Shown: piece after piece, positions 34,180 to 51,800 of the stretch
How the letters are laid out: every line of letters starts with the position of its first letter
Position numbering within the stretch: the stretch's first letter is position 1
Source of the DNA: Guillardia theta CCMP2712
Lineage: Eukaryota; Protista; Cryptophyta
Length of the DNA: 64,000 bases
Assembly: GCF_000315625.1 (NCBI RefSeq)
Contig: NW_005434477.1
Location: 1,841 to 65,840, forward strand
Reading direction: 5' to 3'
Made by a program: the position numbers and the translations under genes
Notes under the pieces: model-generated
Database searches by the model: none
What the model saw: the letters and a program-made list of their open reading frames with translations, nothing else
What the model was told of the DNA's origin: nothing

Positions 34180-35340
34180 TCTTCGCGTTACCCCTGTTCC
34201 CATCCAGCTGGATCAGCACCTACCCCTGCATTCCCCACCCCCCCATTTTGCGGGTGGAGACCTTGTTAATCTCAACATACCACCCACTCGGCGAAGTTTC
34301 CGTTCTCTCCATTTGTACCCCTCATATTCAGATGATTTGGATCTATCATGGTGGGGTCATGCTATCACCCACTCCCCTCAATTAACCTTTGACGACGTAA
34401 AATTGAATGTCTACCCTACCCCCACCCCCCCCCACCCTCGTTCAATCTATAATTCGTTTTTGTTGACCCCCGTGCGCCTCGTATAAATATATATACCCAC
34501 CCACCCCTGGAGAAAACCTCATCCCCAGCAGATGAATCCGACAGTCCCATACTATATGGACCCCTACCACCCTCTATACCTGATTCACCACCCCTCAAGT
34601 CAGCACTCGAAACTTTATAGATCCTCGGTCAATAAACGACCATGTACCCCAACCCACCCCTTTCCCCCTATTGGACCCCTCGCAGTACTCGCAGATAAAA
34701 AATGAAAAAAAGAAAAAAAGCCGTGACCGCGACTTCCAGAACCGAACTGATCGAGGGACCCCTACCCCATCAATTCCCTCTGAAAACTACTATCGTGTTG
34801 GGGTCATCGATGGAGTATGGTAGGGGTACGTAATCGCTTCAAGGAGGCCCCAAGGTTTATGAAATGGGTGGGTATATGTGAGGGCAAATGGGGGTACTGG
34901 CTCCTTTTCACATGTCTCTAGCTGACATTAGGGGTAGGGGTCATACCTGCATCCCCAAGACTGCGTCGTTTCACCTAAAAAATTTATAGTTTTGAAGCCA
35001 CATCCCTTTGATATCATTCCCTACTACCCTCACCCCCTCTTTTCCCATCAAATGCCCTGATTTTGAAGGGGTGGGAACGAGTTCGTGGGTGCATTCAGCT
35101 GGATCTGTACCCCCCCCCCCATTATACCACCCTCGAAGGGGTTCAAGTCTCGTGCCCTGTGAACGCCCGTATCACGCTACTATTCACCCAGTGGAGGACC
35201 ACACCATCACCCTATACAATGACCCACCCACCCCCCTCTCTCAAACAGTCATATACAATACATATTATTTAGCAACCCCCGTGAATTCCCTTTGAGGTAC
35301 CTAACCCCCCCCCCTCCGCCCCCCCGCATCGCCCCGGACT
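34180..35340. promoter_or_regulatory. Composite intergenic island 6: TACCCC zone with internal GGGGTA polarity switch (~34800-34940), almost no GC core
   Basis: ctaccctaccccaccccc, ggaccccta, ggtaggggta words; upstream of the TBP-like gene. Confidence 0.45.
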
Positions 35341-35538
35341 GAAGCTTGCCCCCGATAGGAACAAACATCCACAGGAATCGAGAGCGCCTGAGCAGGACGA
35401 GGAGGAAGCGAGAGGACGAGAACAAAGACAAGGACAGAAAAGAGACGGAGATAGAGAAGGAGACTCCAGCTCCCTCCACACTGCAGACTTTTGTATCCGC
35501 AACACTCTATCCTCTACGCCATCTTGTTGGTCGCTCAT

Positions 35539-39292
<3,754 letters not shown>

Positions 39293-39719
39293 GCTCTTGC
39301 AAAGACGCAGAGAACGAAGTCGGCTGCGGTCAGGAGTTGGAACTGTTCGTCATCGTCCGATCAGTATCAGGGATGACTGAAGGGAATCATTCTTGTTCAG
39401 TTGATTGATGGTGACAGTTTGCTGGGAGCAAGTGTATCCGGTAGTTGTCAATGGTGACCCTCTGATATCTGTCGCAGTGAAAGATTAGAAAACACTACCA
39501 TGACATCTAGAGGCACAGTGGACAAGCGTCTGAGCTCCTTGCATGACTGACTCCAAGTAGCAGCTTTTTTACCATCTACTGCAACTCTGGCAGATCTTTC
39601 GGACTGACTGCTTCACATCATGCCCTCCGATCGCCTCCTCTCGCTTCCTCACTGTCTCTCTATCTGTCCTGATCGTCTGGTCAGTTGGGTAAAAAAAAAA
39701 ACACACGTCAAACCTCCTT

Positions 39720-40210
39720 CTCAGCCTTGGAGCACTCAGTGCCGGGCCCGGACTCGGCCCGGAGCGGCTCACTGGCAAGCACTGCCACGCGGCCGGCGCC
39801 CGGCCGGCTCGGACTCTCAGTGATGCCACTGAGCCGGGAGTCGCGAGGCCCGGCCCGGCCCGGTCGCGGGGGGCCCCCGGGCGCCCGGCGGGGCGGCCCA
39901 GCGGCCCGGCGCCGCGGCGCGGCGGCGAGCCCACCGTCCTGGTACGGAGTCACGGTGACCCGGTAGTACGGCGCGCCCGGCAGTCCGATCAGTGAAAGGG
40001 GTCCCCTCCGAGGCTCTCAGTCAACTTGTCCGATGACGGAGCACTAGTTCAAGTTGTTAGACTTGTACTAGTCCAAAGTCATCATCATGTGACTGATTCA
40101 AGGGCCCCCTGAACTTGACTTGCCGCGCGCCGGGCTGACTCTGTGAGGGGCGCGGGGGGCCGGGGCCCGCGGCGGGGCCGCCCCGGAGTGGCCAGGCGGC
40201 GGCCTGAAAC
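39720..40210. promoter_or_regulatory. Composite intergenic island 7: GC palindrome core only, between divergent genes
   Basis: ccgggcccgg, gggggccccc, cgccgcggcg, gagtcacggtgac words. Confidence 0.5.
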
Positions 40211-40311
40211 TTTCACAAGTTTGAGGAGCGAACTGGTAGCAACTCAAATTCAAAAGTAGAGGGCAGGCTTTAAATTCAGGTATAGCCGACTATTCAAGTT
40301 CGGTACCGACC

Positions 40312-41650
40312 ATGATGGCTCAGCGGGGTACAAGCGCGCTTGAGGTGAGAGGGCAGAAGGCGATGAAGACAAGAGGGATGGTAGCAAGACAGTGAGGAGG
40401 AGGAAGAAGAACTCGGAAGGTTGTGCTGCAGATATCGAGAAGATGTATGATTCCACATCTGTTTTGCTTTCCAGCTAGTTTGTTCTCAAAACATAATTCA
40501 AAGTTGGGACGGGACAGCATTCAGGCATCCATTGCCAGTTGTTATCATTCTTGCATGAATGTCTGTCTCAAGTGTAATCTCAAGGAGTTGAGGGAGAGTG
40601 ACACATGAAAGGAGAAAATAGACGACAAATCGAACGGAAGTGATCAATTGACTTTCATCGCCGACCTCTTCATTCATCTTGCACAACCTTACATCAGAGC
40701 AGCTTGCAGGTTTGCGGGAACAAGCAACCTCCCTCTTGTCAAAGTCAAAAGCGCTCCTAGAAAGAGACACATTGCAGAGCTTGCAACGCCCTCAATATTA
40801 CTTCCGCGAGCACGATGACTGCGGCAAGGGGAAGGGCGGCAGCAACAAGGTGAGAGAAAGAAGAAGGTGGAGGCAACCTGATGGGCATGTCTGCCAGGAT
40901 TCTCTCAGAGATCGCACACCGTTGGAGGATACTCGAGCAAGAAATTCCTCTCTCAGCTCGAGGCGTCCTCTCACCTGCAGGACCTCAGCTCCGTCATCTC
41001 CCCCGACCAAGTGGAACGAGTGGTCGACGGACGACACCGACTTGTTTCAGGGGCGAAGATCTCGACAGCGATCAAGAGCTCCTGACAGGTCCCCTGTCTC
41101 TGCTCTCAATCGTATCTCTTCTCTCTGCTATCACCTCTGTGCTGGACGTCTGACGGTGAAGCGACAAGGCCGCTGACCCTGAGGGTTTCGACACATGACT
41201 GTCCCCGGAGGAAGAGCGGGGGGGAGTGCGGATCGAGCGCAGGTCTGCAGTGCGCGGCTGCCAGTATTTGTTCTGAGACTTTCTTACAGCCTTACGACTT
41301 GATGCAAAAACACAACAGCCTTCCTTTCCTCCTGGGAACGATATGCTGCCTGAGCTACGGTCTTGCTTCTTGTGCTTGCCTGCAGGCCTCTCCTGACTTG
41401 AGAACAGGGATGTTCCCTCCGGTGAAGTTGCGAAAGAGCACGAGCGAGCTTGTGGGGGATGGTGAAGAGAAGAGCATCATCTTCGTGTGTGTCCAACTAA
41501 TCCTTCCCCCAGGTTCAAGATCCCTGACACCAAGTCCATCTTCGCTTCTTTCGATTGGCCAGAGGTCAAGGGCTGGCAGATACCTGAAATCTCTCGGAGC
41601 AGTTTCCCAGCCTTCAAAGGCCTCCAGCTGAGTTCGCTGCTTTCAGCACG
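40312..41650 (+). CDS. Probable multi-exon hypothetical gene; structure unresolved
   Basis: Alternating short coding-like blocks (e.g. TLQSLQRPQYYFREHDDCGKGKGGSNK|DSLRDRTPLEDTR) with gtgag...ctgac...cag introns; fills the space convergent with the FKBP gene. Confidence 0.35.
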
Positions 41651-41721
41651 ACATGAAAGTGTGTGACGAGGTCAAGATCGAGGCAGCAGCAGCTGTCTGA
41701 ACCTTGAATGTAGTGCTTTAA

Positions 41722-43202
41722 TTACAACCTCCTCCCCTCAACGTCCGGCCCGCAGGTCGAGACGCCATTGACGGTCCTGCAGTCCCTGTAGTCGTAGGGA
41801 ACTCTCGTGCCCAAAGACGTTGGGTCGTCTGTTCTCACATTGATCCCGTTTATACCCACCAGCTTCACATCGTAGATCAGTTTGGCATTGGGAGGGACAG
41901 GAAGCTTCGGTACGATCTTCCCCTTAGGAACTCCTTCCCTGCCATACCCCAGGGACGGAGGGACGACTAGTCGCCTCTCCTCGCCTGCTTCAAGTCAGAC
42001 TCTCTGTCTAGGAACCGAGATGCTTCACCGATACACATGCCCAGCAGACCCACTTCCCATGCTCGAGGAGCTTGACGCTGACCCTGTCGACAACGTGTCA
42101 GCAGACCTCTCATGCACAGCTTTGAAGATACTTGGTTCAGAACGAAGTACAGTGACTGGTCACCGAAGAAATTTCCGTTCTGGTTGATGCTACTTCCATC
42201 AAAGACCTCCATCGTGTCCGCAAGATAGCCCTGCGTGCACTACATGACAACGAAGCTGTAGCGACGAGCAGAGCAGAGCAGAGCAGAGCAGAGCAGAGCA
42301 GAGCAGAGCAGAGCAGAGCAGAGCAGAGCAGAGCAGAGCAGAAAGGAGACAACAATCATCTCACCGTGTATTTCACTTCCAAGACGTCTCCTTGCTGCGC
42401 TCTTACAGCCCCACAGTCTTCAGGCATCTTGAGCGTTTTCACCACCAACTCTTCTGAGCTCTGGACTCCAACCTGATAGAACGCAAGTCTCGTGTCACTG
42501 ACACTGAGGACAAGTTGAGAAGCCAGCAGAGGTAGAGCTGAGCAGACTCTGAGGCACCTGTGTAGAGACGGCGCCTCCTTCCTTGATGTTCAAGAGCTTC
42601 TCCTTGAAGATGAGGGGATCTCGAAACACGATCTGAAGCGCCTGGTTGTTCTCGTCGGACTTCTTCTTCTCCTCTCTCAGCAGTTTCAGCGCATCACTGG
42701 CCCTCATGCCTTCGATGTTCTTGCCGTTGATGCTCACAACCAACACCTGAGGTCGAAGTCTCTTCGCTTTCCCCAGCGTCTCCGCCTGACCTCCGGCCTT
42801 GACAGCATCGACGATGATACGAGATGATTGCTTCTCGCGCGGGACTCCCTGCGGGAATCGGACTTCTATCAAGTCCATACCCAGAGGGCCCTGACCGAAG
42901 TCGATAGAAAACTCGTCATCTCCCAACCCTTCCCTGGCAATCGCAGCCTTGGAAAAGGCAAAGGAAGACAAGAACCAGAGGGTTGCTGGGACGAGGCCCA
43001 AGAGCGCATCCCTCCTCGGCACTCTCAAAGCACCTTCACCATGGTGCTCTCTCAAGGGCCGAATGCGTGCATATACTTGATTGCTCTGTGTCTGCATGGG
43101 ACGCGCAAAAGATCCCAAGCATGGCCGTGAAGACGAATGCAGAGACAAGGGTCCGCTGAGAGATGGCGAGCTGACAAAGGCGGCGCAAGTCAATGCCTGC
43201 AT
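41722..43202 (-). CDS. PDZ-domain plus FKBP-type PPIase, probable thylakoid lumen protein; true start probably in an upstream exon
   Basis: CAAF leader, twin-Arg [12 protein letters not shown]; [33 protein letters not shown]; [60 protein letters not shown]. Confidence 0.85.
42268..42342. repeat. (GCAGA)n pentamer repeat, intronic
   Basis: Read directly. Confidence 0.9.
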
Positions 43203-43374
43203 GCAAGCCCGTCAGATGGAAATAATAAGCAAATAAGTCCCGTTATCTTCCTCCTCCAAAGAGGATCAAGTGGCGTGAAGATAGAGGTTATGTGCGATAG
43301 GGACAAAAATGAATTTCTCTGATCCAATCGAATTATTGCCATTTCTGCCATTTCTGCCTGCCTGCCTGCCATTT

Positions 43375-43432
<58 letters not shown>

Positions 43433-43779
43433 TGCGTCTGTAAATCCTACTTTAATCGGAGTGTAATTGCTGCCGGTCTATATGAAACATTGAATACAAT
43501 CTACCCGATCCTCGCTAACGTTTCACAGATTGCTGTAATGAAGCAAGGATTCGCTCCCCTCCTTCGTCTTCTCTTCTCCAAAACCACCTCTCTCCCTCGA
43601 ACCTCTTTTCAATCTTGCTTTCGTGTCTGATATCCTATCCTCTCTTCGCTCCTCCTCCTTTGACCTCCCCGCTGCCTCCGCACCTGACAATCCAAAGTCG
43701 ATGCCATGCTGTGTTATATCAGCGCAAACGGTGCGGTATGAGCTCCACTCTCAGTTTACTGAGCTGACTCAAGGTTTTA

Positions 43780-45000
43780 CGTTCCCCGACCCGGGCCGGC
43801 CCGTGAAGCGTTTTGAAAATAATCCGGAAGCATTTCAACTTTAGCACTGAAATATGATGTTGATGAGATAAGGGAAAGAGGGGGTAGTATGTCAGATAGG
43901 GGGAGTACAGAGGGTAGGGTTATGAAACGTAGGGGTAGGGTACTTTGTGATCTGGGGTGTTGGTGATCATGAATGTCATCAACTTCCCTACTTCAACTAG
44001 AAGCAAAATTGCACAAGGCTATGGCTGGTCCTTCCCACGTGAGATGTAGATGAGACTTTTCCAGGGGCGGGTACTACCTATGGGACCTGGGTTTTGCGTG
44101 AGTACATGTTCTAGAGGGGGTAGGGTACTGTTTACCTTTGACAATCTACATATGAATTTGTATCACACTACCCCACCCCCTCTTTTCTAGATCGACAATC
44201 AGTCACATGAGGCGTCACCGTCTGAGGACAAACCACCTACCCCCATTAAGATCACCACCCTAGTACCCCCATGGACCATCATGGGGACGGGGTCTGAATT
44301 CTTAGCTTGTGAAGGGCACAGAAGGAAACCGGGGTACTAGTACCCCCTTGTTGTAACCAACGTGCAAAGGGAGCACACCGGGTACTTTTGTTAAACCTTT
44401 GCTGAGAGATGACCCACCCACCCCAGGACATTCGATGAATTCTACTCCACCCCTTATGGGAACCATAAACCACCCACCGGTACCAGCTACTACTGCATGT
44501 CTCGCATACCCCTGCAGTTCTGTCCCTTTCTTCAACACCCACCAGTTCGAGGTTAAAATGAACTGCAGGTACCGGGTGCTCTTCCAACCCCTTGATCCCC
44601 ACCCCTCCTTTTCTCCCATTTCTGGTACTTACCCCACCCTCAAAATCTCAAACAATCGTATACCCCTACCCCCTCTTTGTGTATAAATCACCCCCTTTCA
44701 GCCTCATTTATTGCCTACCCCCATTTTCTCACACCCCACGATTCCTGCAAACGACCCTACCCCAACTTCTCCCACACTGTGTTGATCTCCACCCCTGCAA
44801 AATACTACCCCACCCTCAAATATTTCCTACCCACCCTACCTTTTGTACACTACCCCGTAGTTGCAGATCTCTCCCTCTAAACGAGACACAGTACCTTTGT
44901 AGAACCGGTGACTACCCCTACCATCTTGAATTCACCCCTACCCACACAATCATCCCATATCACCTCACCCTGTGGTGAACGGGTACCTACCCCCACCCCA
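43780..45000. promoter_or_regulatory. Composite intergenic island 8: tiny GC core (~43785-43803), GGGGTA zone then TACCCC zone, between divergent genes
   Basis: gggggtag/agggtaggg words to ~44130, then tacccc words to 45000. Confidence 0.5.
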
Positions 45001-45800
45001 ATGTGTTGCCAGCCACAATCACTATGCGGCAATTAGTGCGGCCATGCCAAGCAGCTCGTGCCGCGATTGTCGCAGAGAGACATGGGCGTTTTTACCTCGT
45101 GCATTTTCCTTCATTCGCCATCCTCCATCATCTTCCCCCCCTTTCCACACATCTCCCCAATGTATACTGCACCCAGCTCTTTGTTCCTGGCTGAGCCTAC
45201 CAAGAATGTTTGATACTTTGTTATCGAACAGCGTTTTCTTCATTCAAGTTTTGCTGCCAGATATGTTGAGCTCTTCCTGAAAATATTTCTTGTTGTTTGG
45301 ATCTCATGCATTTGTGCTCCTCCTCCTTCTTCCTTATCCCTTGGATGCCCCAATTTCTTTGCTCGTTGCACTTTGTTGACGTGGTATATTTCGCCTCCTC
45401 CCCCTACCCCAGCTCGCCCAGTGAATCTTCAAACCTGTCTCTCGTCTTTGTTGATCTCCGAAGTGGCTGGCTACCACTTGTCTTGCTTCTTGTGTCCTCT
45501 GCCTCCTGCAGCTCTTTTTCCAATGAACATTATGTTTCGCCTACCTTCCCACTTCACAATTCCTCTGGGTGTTGGTTTTTCTTAGTTTTCTTGTCTGTAT
45601 TGATGTCATCGTCAATTTTTTGGTTCCTGCTATGTTCAACTTTATGACACGACCCTCTTTGTGTATTGCGAACTGGTGGCACTTCATGATTAGCCTCGAA
45701 AGTTTTGACACAATTCCTTAGTGCGTCAAGAAAGCAGAATATGACCTTTACGCAGGAGCTCCGTCTGGGACGAGCAAGTTAGCTCTCCTGTGCAGGAGAA

Positions 45801-48800
45801 ATGGAAGAGGGATCGAGAGATCTCCGAGGTAGGCCTACACGAAAGAGGCAGACGGATGTCCCCCCTGAAGTGCCGAGATCTACTCGGCGAAGAAAAGTGG
45901 AAAGTGAGGGCGATGTGACACTGACCTCCACTCCTTCTCTTCGTGAAAGACGGCAAGATACCCAGGAGAGTTCAGAAGGGAAGAGGACAAGATCCTCAAC
46001 GGCATCGCACTCCTCACCTGCAGCTGAGGATGAGATCAGCCTCCCAAGAGTGACAAGAAACAACAGGGAGGTCACCAACAAGAGAGAGGCTGGGAAAGAT
46101 GCAGAGACAAAATCTGAAACCAAGAGTAGAGCAAAAAAATCAGAGAAGAACTCAGATGTGACTTTGTCTACTGCGACTATGTCTGGTCGACCGCCTTCGT
46201 TGAGCAACATTTTTGGTATTTAGCTCAAGATTTGTTTGGCCAAATTTCATACCAATCTTTTCTCAGGTTCTCTTGGATCTTCTGTGACTGGCTCATCATC
46301 AGATGCTTGCACGCTGAATAATCTGCGCAGATTATTAGGAGGGATTGGTCAGTTTGTTTCCATGACGTCTCCTGCTGCTCACAATCTCGTAGGTGCAAGC
46401 TTTGACTTACCCATGTCTGCTGGATTAATGAGAGGATTGAGTCCTCGATTTCGGTTTGTGCCACATATTTTTGGGAGAATTGTTACTGAAGATATCGGTA
46501 GGACTCTGCTGGATGGGCTGAAAGCTGATGGCGACATCACCAGACAAGAGGATGCATTGAATCAGTTGTGTGAAGTTTTGTGTATGGCAACAGAAGACAC
46601 CCTGCAAGGCTTCAGCGTTGAAAGCTTTCTTCCTTCACTGATCAAGCTGATTGGCTGTGAATTGTCGCCCGAAATCATGTTACATGCATGCAGGGCTATT
46701 CAGTACATCATGGAAATCATCCCGCAGTCTTCATCTGCGGTTGTACAGTTTGGGAGCATCCCTCCTCTATGTTCCAAACTCAAATCCATCGAATATATCG
46801 ATGTTGCTGAACAGGCATTGCTCACCTTACACAAGATATCAAAGGATCATGCAGTGCATTTGTTACGAGCTGAGGGTGTTTCTGCGGTTCTGTCATTTCT
46901 AGATTTCTTCCCTATCACTGTTCAGCGAACTGGGATGACGACAGTTGCCAACATGTGTCGAAGAGTTAATTCGGATACCTTACCTTTGGTCGTGGATTCT
47001 ATTCCCAATCTATCACAGATGATCTTGCATTCTGATGGTGAATTGCTCTTGCTGATTTGAAATGTTTGCTGAATGATCTTGTACAGCAAAGCTCGTTGAA
47101 CAAGTGTGCACAGCATTTTGCAGGCTCGTTAGTTGCTTTCAGGAACTGAAACTTAAACTTCAGATAGACTTCGTTTCTGACTCTTGCTTTTTGATATACA
47201 GGGACAGCAGTCTGCCCTCGAACAGATAGCGGCACACGGGCTGATCCCCAATATTTGGCGATTGGTTTCAAGGTAGTGTGTTGACCAAGTCTTGATATTT
47301 ATTGCATGACTGTTGGCCATAGTTATCTATCAGATGGTAACAGCGTCAGTGAGGTTGAAAGTGGCCGAGTTGCAACGTTCGGACAAGAAATGTGTGTTCA
47401 ATTGTTGCACATGCTTGCTATCTTGGGAAATGCTTCGCCGATGTTGGGCTTGTCCTTACTGCAGCAGCAGAATGTTGGACAGGTTGGTGTTCTTGCTTGC
47501 TATGAGTTTTCCTGCTTGATTTCACTTCAACTAATTTCTTGCCTGCAGATCTTGAAGAGTAAAATCCTGACGGATCGTAATGGCGAATCCTCGACAGGAA
47601 CTGAACGCAGGAGAAGCAGAGTTGAAATCTCTATCAAAATCGCACCAGAGCTCCTGAGGGCCATCATGGCGCTGACCACGTCCTTGCTTCCGAACCTTCC
47701 TCCTCTTCCACCGAAAGAGAGCGTACGTGAATCAAAAGCAGGTTCAAAAGGAGGGACCAAGAAGAAGGGCTCCCCCACATCTTCAAATGCGACTAAAGCA
47801 ACAGCGGATGAAAGTCACTGGGCCACCAACAGTCAAGTGATGCAAAGCTTTGGTGAACAGATGTTGGAAGCCGTCTTGTCCTCAGCTTCCGTTTCCATTG
47901 ACAGCCAGCTGCGATACGATTCTCTTGCAGCTCTGTCAACACTCTGCTATTACATGCCAGAAGAAAAGATCAGGGAACTAGTGCCTCAAGACAATATTTG
48001 CGAACTTATCTCGATGTTGCTGGCTTCTGAGTCAAATGGAATGCGATTCTTTGCGCTTGTCTTGATACATAACTTGATTTCGAAGTGTCAGGATGTGTAT
48101 ATGCCTTTGTTGTGCAGAGAAGGCATTGTTTTTACAGTGCACAAACTTATGAAGGAGAATCGCTCTAAGAACAATTCGCTCGGTTCTTCGAAGGATGATA
48201 AGATCAGTTCATCGCCTGGAAATCCCATTTTAGAGAGGACAAACATTCCGGGGATCTCCAGAGCTCCTTGTCCCAGGGATAGCAAGAATGAAGCAAAATA
48301 TGGTCCGATGCTGACTTTTGTATGCACGAAATATTTCCCAAAGACCGATGATAAAGAGGATGCTTGTGGAGGCTTAACTCCGCTGGTCAGTAAGTTGAAA
48401 GAACTGGGATCTTCTTTGTTGGAAGCAGCAGGAAAAGAAGATGAGCAGAGTGCCTATCAATACCTGGAGCAGATCCTGAGTCACTTCGATGATAGTGCAA
48501 CGGTCTCCACATTCGAAATGCGCTGCTCTGGGATATGCGAAACTATCCTCAATTATCTCACGTCCAAGGGAGGCGATGGTAATGAACAATCAGAAAGAGC
48601 AAGATCTAGCGCCGAATCAGATAGATCACGATCACGATCAAGAAATGCTCCTCGTGGTGAACCAAAGAAGGAGAAAAGCATAAACCCAAGCAAGGAGATC
48701 TTGGAAGCAAGGCGGCAGAAGTTTTTCTCCATAGTGATGAACACGAAATCTGGAACTGATGGTCATGTTACCTGCCCCGCGAAAGTGTTGATACACAAAC

Positions 48801-51800
48801 TTGTCGCTGCATTGAATAACACAGATGGGTTTTGGCTAGACCCTGCAGTCATTTCTTCAGAATCAGAAGCATCTGGAGTGAGGCAGCCAAGGATGATGAT
48901 GCAGGCGCTTAGATTGAAGTTCCAGAGGAGCGCGAGGGGCGCATCTTCTCTCAAGGATTATGCCAATCCGGTTGTAATTGACCCTTCTGCAAGTGTATCT
49001 GCCATCCATGACTTCCTGTGGCCAAAAGTTCGATCAAGAAACAGCGATGGTATGCTTGTGTCAAGTAGATTTCTTGGCTTGGATGCCGGTGAGACTGTTC
49101 GCGCTTCTGCAAGCACCAGGAGAAGCTTAGATGATGAGAGTCAATCTGAAGCAGTTTCGAGACAATCGGCTCAGGCTTCTGAATCAGCGAGTGCGTCTGC
49201 TACCAGAGCAAGCCGAACGAGGCGAGACGTGGCAAAAAGCTCGAATCCTGCCCCGAGGGCGAGGGAGAGTAACAGCTCTCGAGCTTCAAGAGAGACTGCG
49301 AGTACTTCACGTGGAGATGAATCATTGCAATATCTACAGAGTTACTTCGCAGGTTCGAATTCAACTGACCTTGGCCTAGAGTCTTCGATGAATGCCATGA
49401 GTGATGGAGAAGGAGAAGGTGACGCTGAAGGAGATGAGATGGAGCTAGAGAACGTGGTGAGGGCGACCTTATTCGGTGAAGAGGGCATGGATGATGAAGA
49501 TGTGTTCGAGGGAGAGATGGAGGAGGATATCCTACTTGATGACAGCATGGAAGATCCTGTGGAAGAGAACCAGATGGAAGTTCTAGACATCCACGTCTCC
49601 AACTCATCCAACCCACAGCCAAATCAATCCAGTGCTGCGGTTGATCAATCGAGGGAATCCCAGTCTGCCTCGCGGTCGTCCAGGTCAGGTCGTACCAACA
49701 GTCAGCGACAGACGGAATCCGTATCAAGCAGGGAGCCACCAGCCAGTCATTCTTCAGAACCACCAGCAGCAGCTGACTTGGAAGCAGCATCGAGATTGAA
49801 TGTAAACAACAGGCCAGGGGGAGCTACAAGCGGACCATTCTTGCGCCTGGCCGTTGGTGGAATCGAGCTGGCAAACCATGACATGTCAATTCTTGAGGCA
49901 GTTTTGCAGTCATTGAGCACTTCCAAGTCCCAGACTTCTTTGCAGGAAGTGCAGATTTCACTCTGGAACCGGATACATGTTATCGAATATGCGCTACAAG
50001 GCAACGAGAGGTCGAGATGGAAGTCAATGAAGCAGCCAAATTCAGGAATATTAGGCCTGGACGTCACCCAACAAAGCACACTGGTCACGGTGAGGACTTG
50101 TTGTCATAATTGTTCCTTTCTCATATTTGACTCGAGCAGTCGAGGGCTTGGTCGCTTCTGGATACCTCTATTAGTGCGAATCGCTTCTCAGATGATAAGG
50201 GGATCCCGGAGACAACCAAGGCGATGCTGCGCTTGATCACTATGCTCTTCACCATTAACTCGGACCTCCCACTGACTGACCCGTGAGGAAGATTGTTTCT
50301 CGTGCCGTTGTGATGTGACTCTGTCTGCCAGGCGGCGAGTGAAGCCGAACGAGATGATTGTGGGTAACTTGTCGTTCAAGGCATCGCTGATGGTACGAGA
50401 TCCCCTGCTCCCCTATATCCACAAAGTTCCTCAATGGATCAAAGTGCTGCTGGTGGATTATCCATTCCTCCTTGGGCATGACGTGCGGCAAACGTACTTC
50501 GACCACGAGGCTTTCGGTGTTCTATCAGTTCTTCGAAGCTTGTCTCGACACGACGGTAGAGAGCGGCATCCTGGACAATCTCGTCCACGTCAGAAGGTGA
50601 TGTCAATGTCTTTTCTGGATTTCTGATCTAGACAAGCTGCTTTATCCAGCTGCTGTACCTTCCTGCCATTTGACGTTTGATGTTTGGCTCAGGTGAGAGT
50701 TGGCCGCAAGCACATCTTGGAATCCGCCAAGAGAGTCATGGAGGTTTTCAACCAACACAACATTCCTCAAGGGTCTTCCTTGGAGATCGAGTTCTCTGGA
50801 GAAGTTGGGACTGGAAAGGGCCCGACACAAGAATTTTTCACTTATTTTTGCCGGTGAGCCTATCGAACCGATGATGATGGTCACGTTTGACTGTGCGCTT
50901 TCAGGGAGGTGCAACTGAGATCGCTCGGCTTGTGGTGGGACTCGACGAACTCTGACGCGACTCACTTCTGTCCGGCCAACGGTCTCTTTCCTGCACCTCT
51001 GAACCCTCTGGCGTCCGAGGCTGACCGCACAAAGAAGTTGGAGGCATTCGAGGTAAATCGAGTTTACTTGCCTTTGTTGCAATCTGGTGCTGTTGGCATG
51101 ACCGATCTTTGACAATTCACTCAAGGTCATTGGATGGATTTGCGCAAAGGCGATTCATGATGGGCGGCTACTGGATCTCCCGATCTCTGGTCCCTTCAGC
51201 CGAGTTCTTCTTGGGCACCCGTTGGAGGAAGGCGACTTGAAACTCCTCGCTCCTGAGGTGACGTGAACATTAAGGAAGAAATGCCTGTCCTGACAGCTAG
51301 CAGATCTATGAGAACTGGAAGCGCTTCAAGGCGATTGCCGACGAGAAAAAGAGGATCGAAAGCGACAATTCATTAACAGCTGAGGATAAGGTGAATGCGA
51401 AGGCTCTCTGGTTGTTTGTCGCAACTGACATCGACTTGTAATTACAGGCTGCAAGAATCAAGGCTCTCACTGTAGATGGTGCAGCCCTCGAGGATCTCTC
51501 GATCGTCTTCACCGTCCCAGGCTATGACATGCCTTTGAAGTGATTGATCTCCCAGGAAGTAAAATCAACGCTGACCAAGTCTCAGGACCAACGGGGAGAA
51601 CGAAGTTGTTAGTCTTGAAAATGTGGAGGAGTACGTGCGGCTGCTGCCTCAAGTATGTTGGAGACCCGAGGCCATTGCAATCTCACCTTGAGCGGCAGAT
51701 CATCCTAGTTGATGGGGTTCAGCCTCTCTTCGACAGCTTCCGGAAGGGCTTCAGGTACGAGGACAGACATCTTGGACTGCGAAGCTGAACTGCTGGCTAG

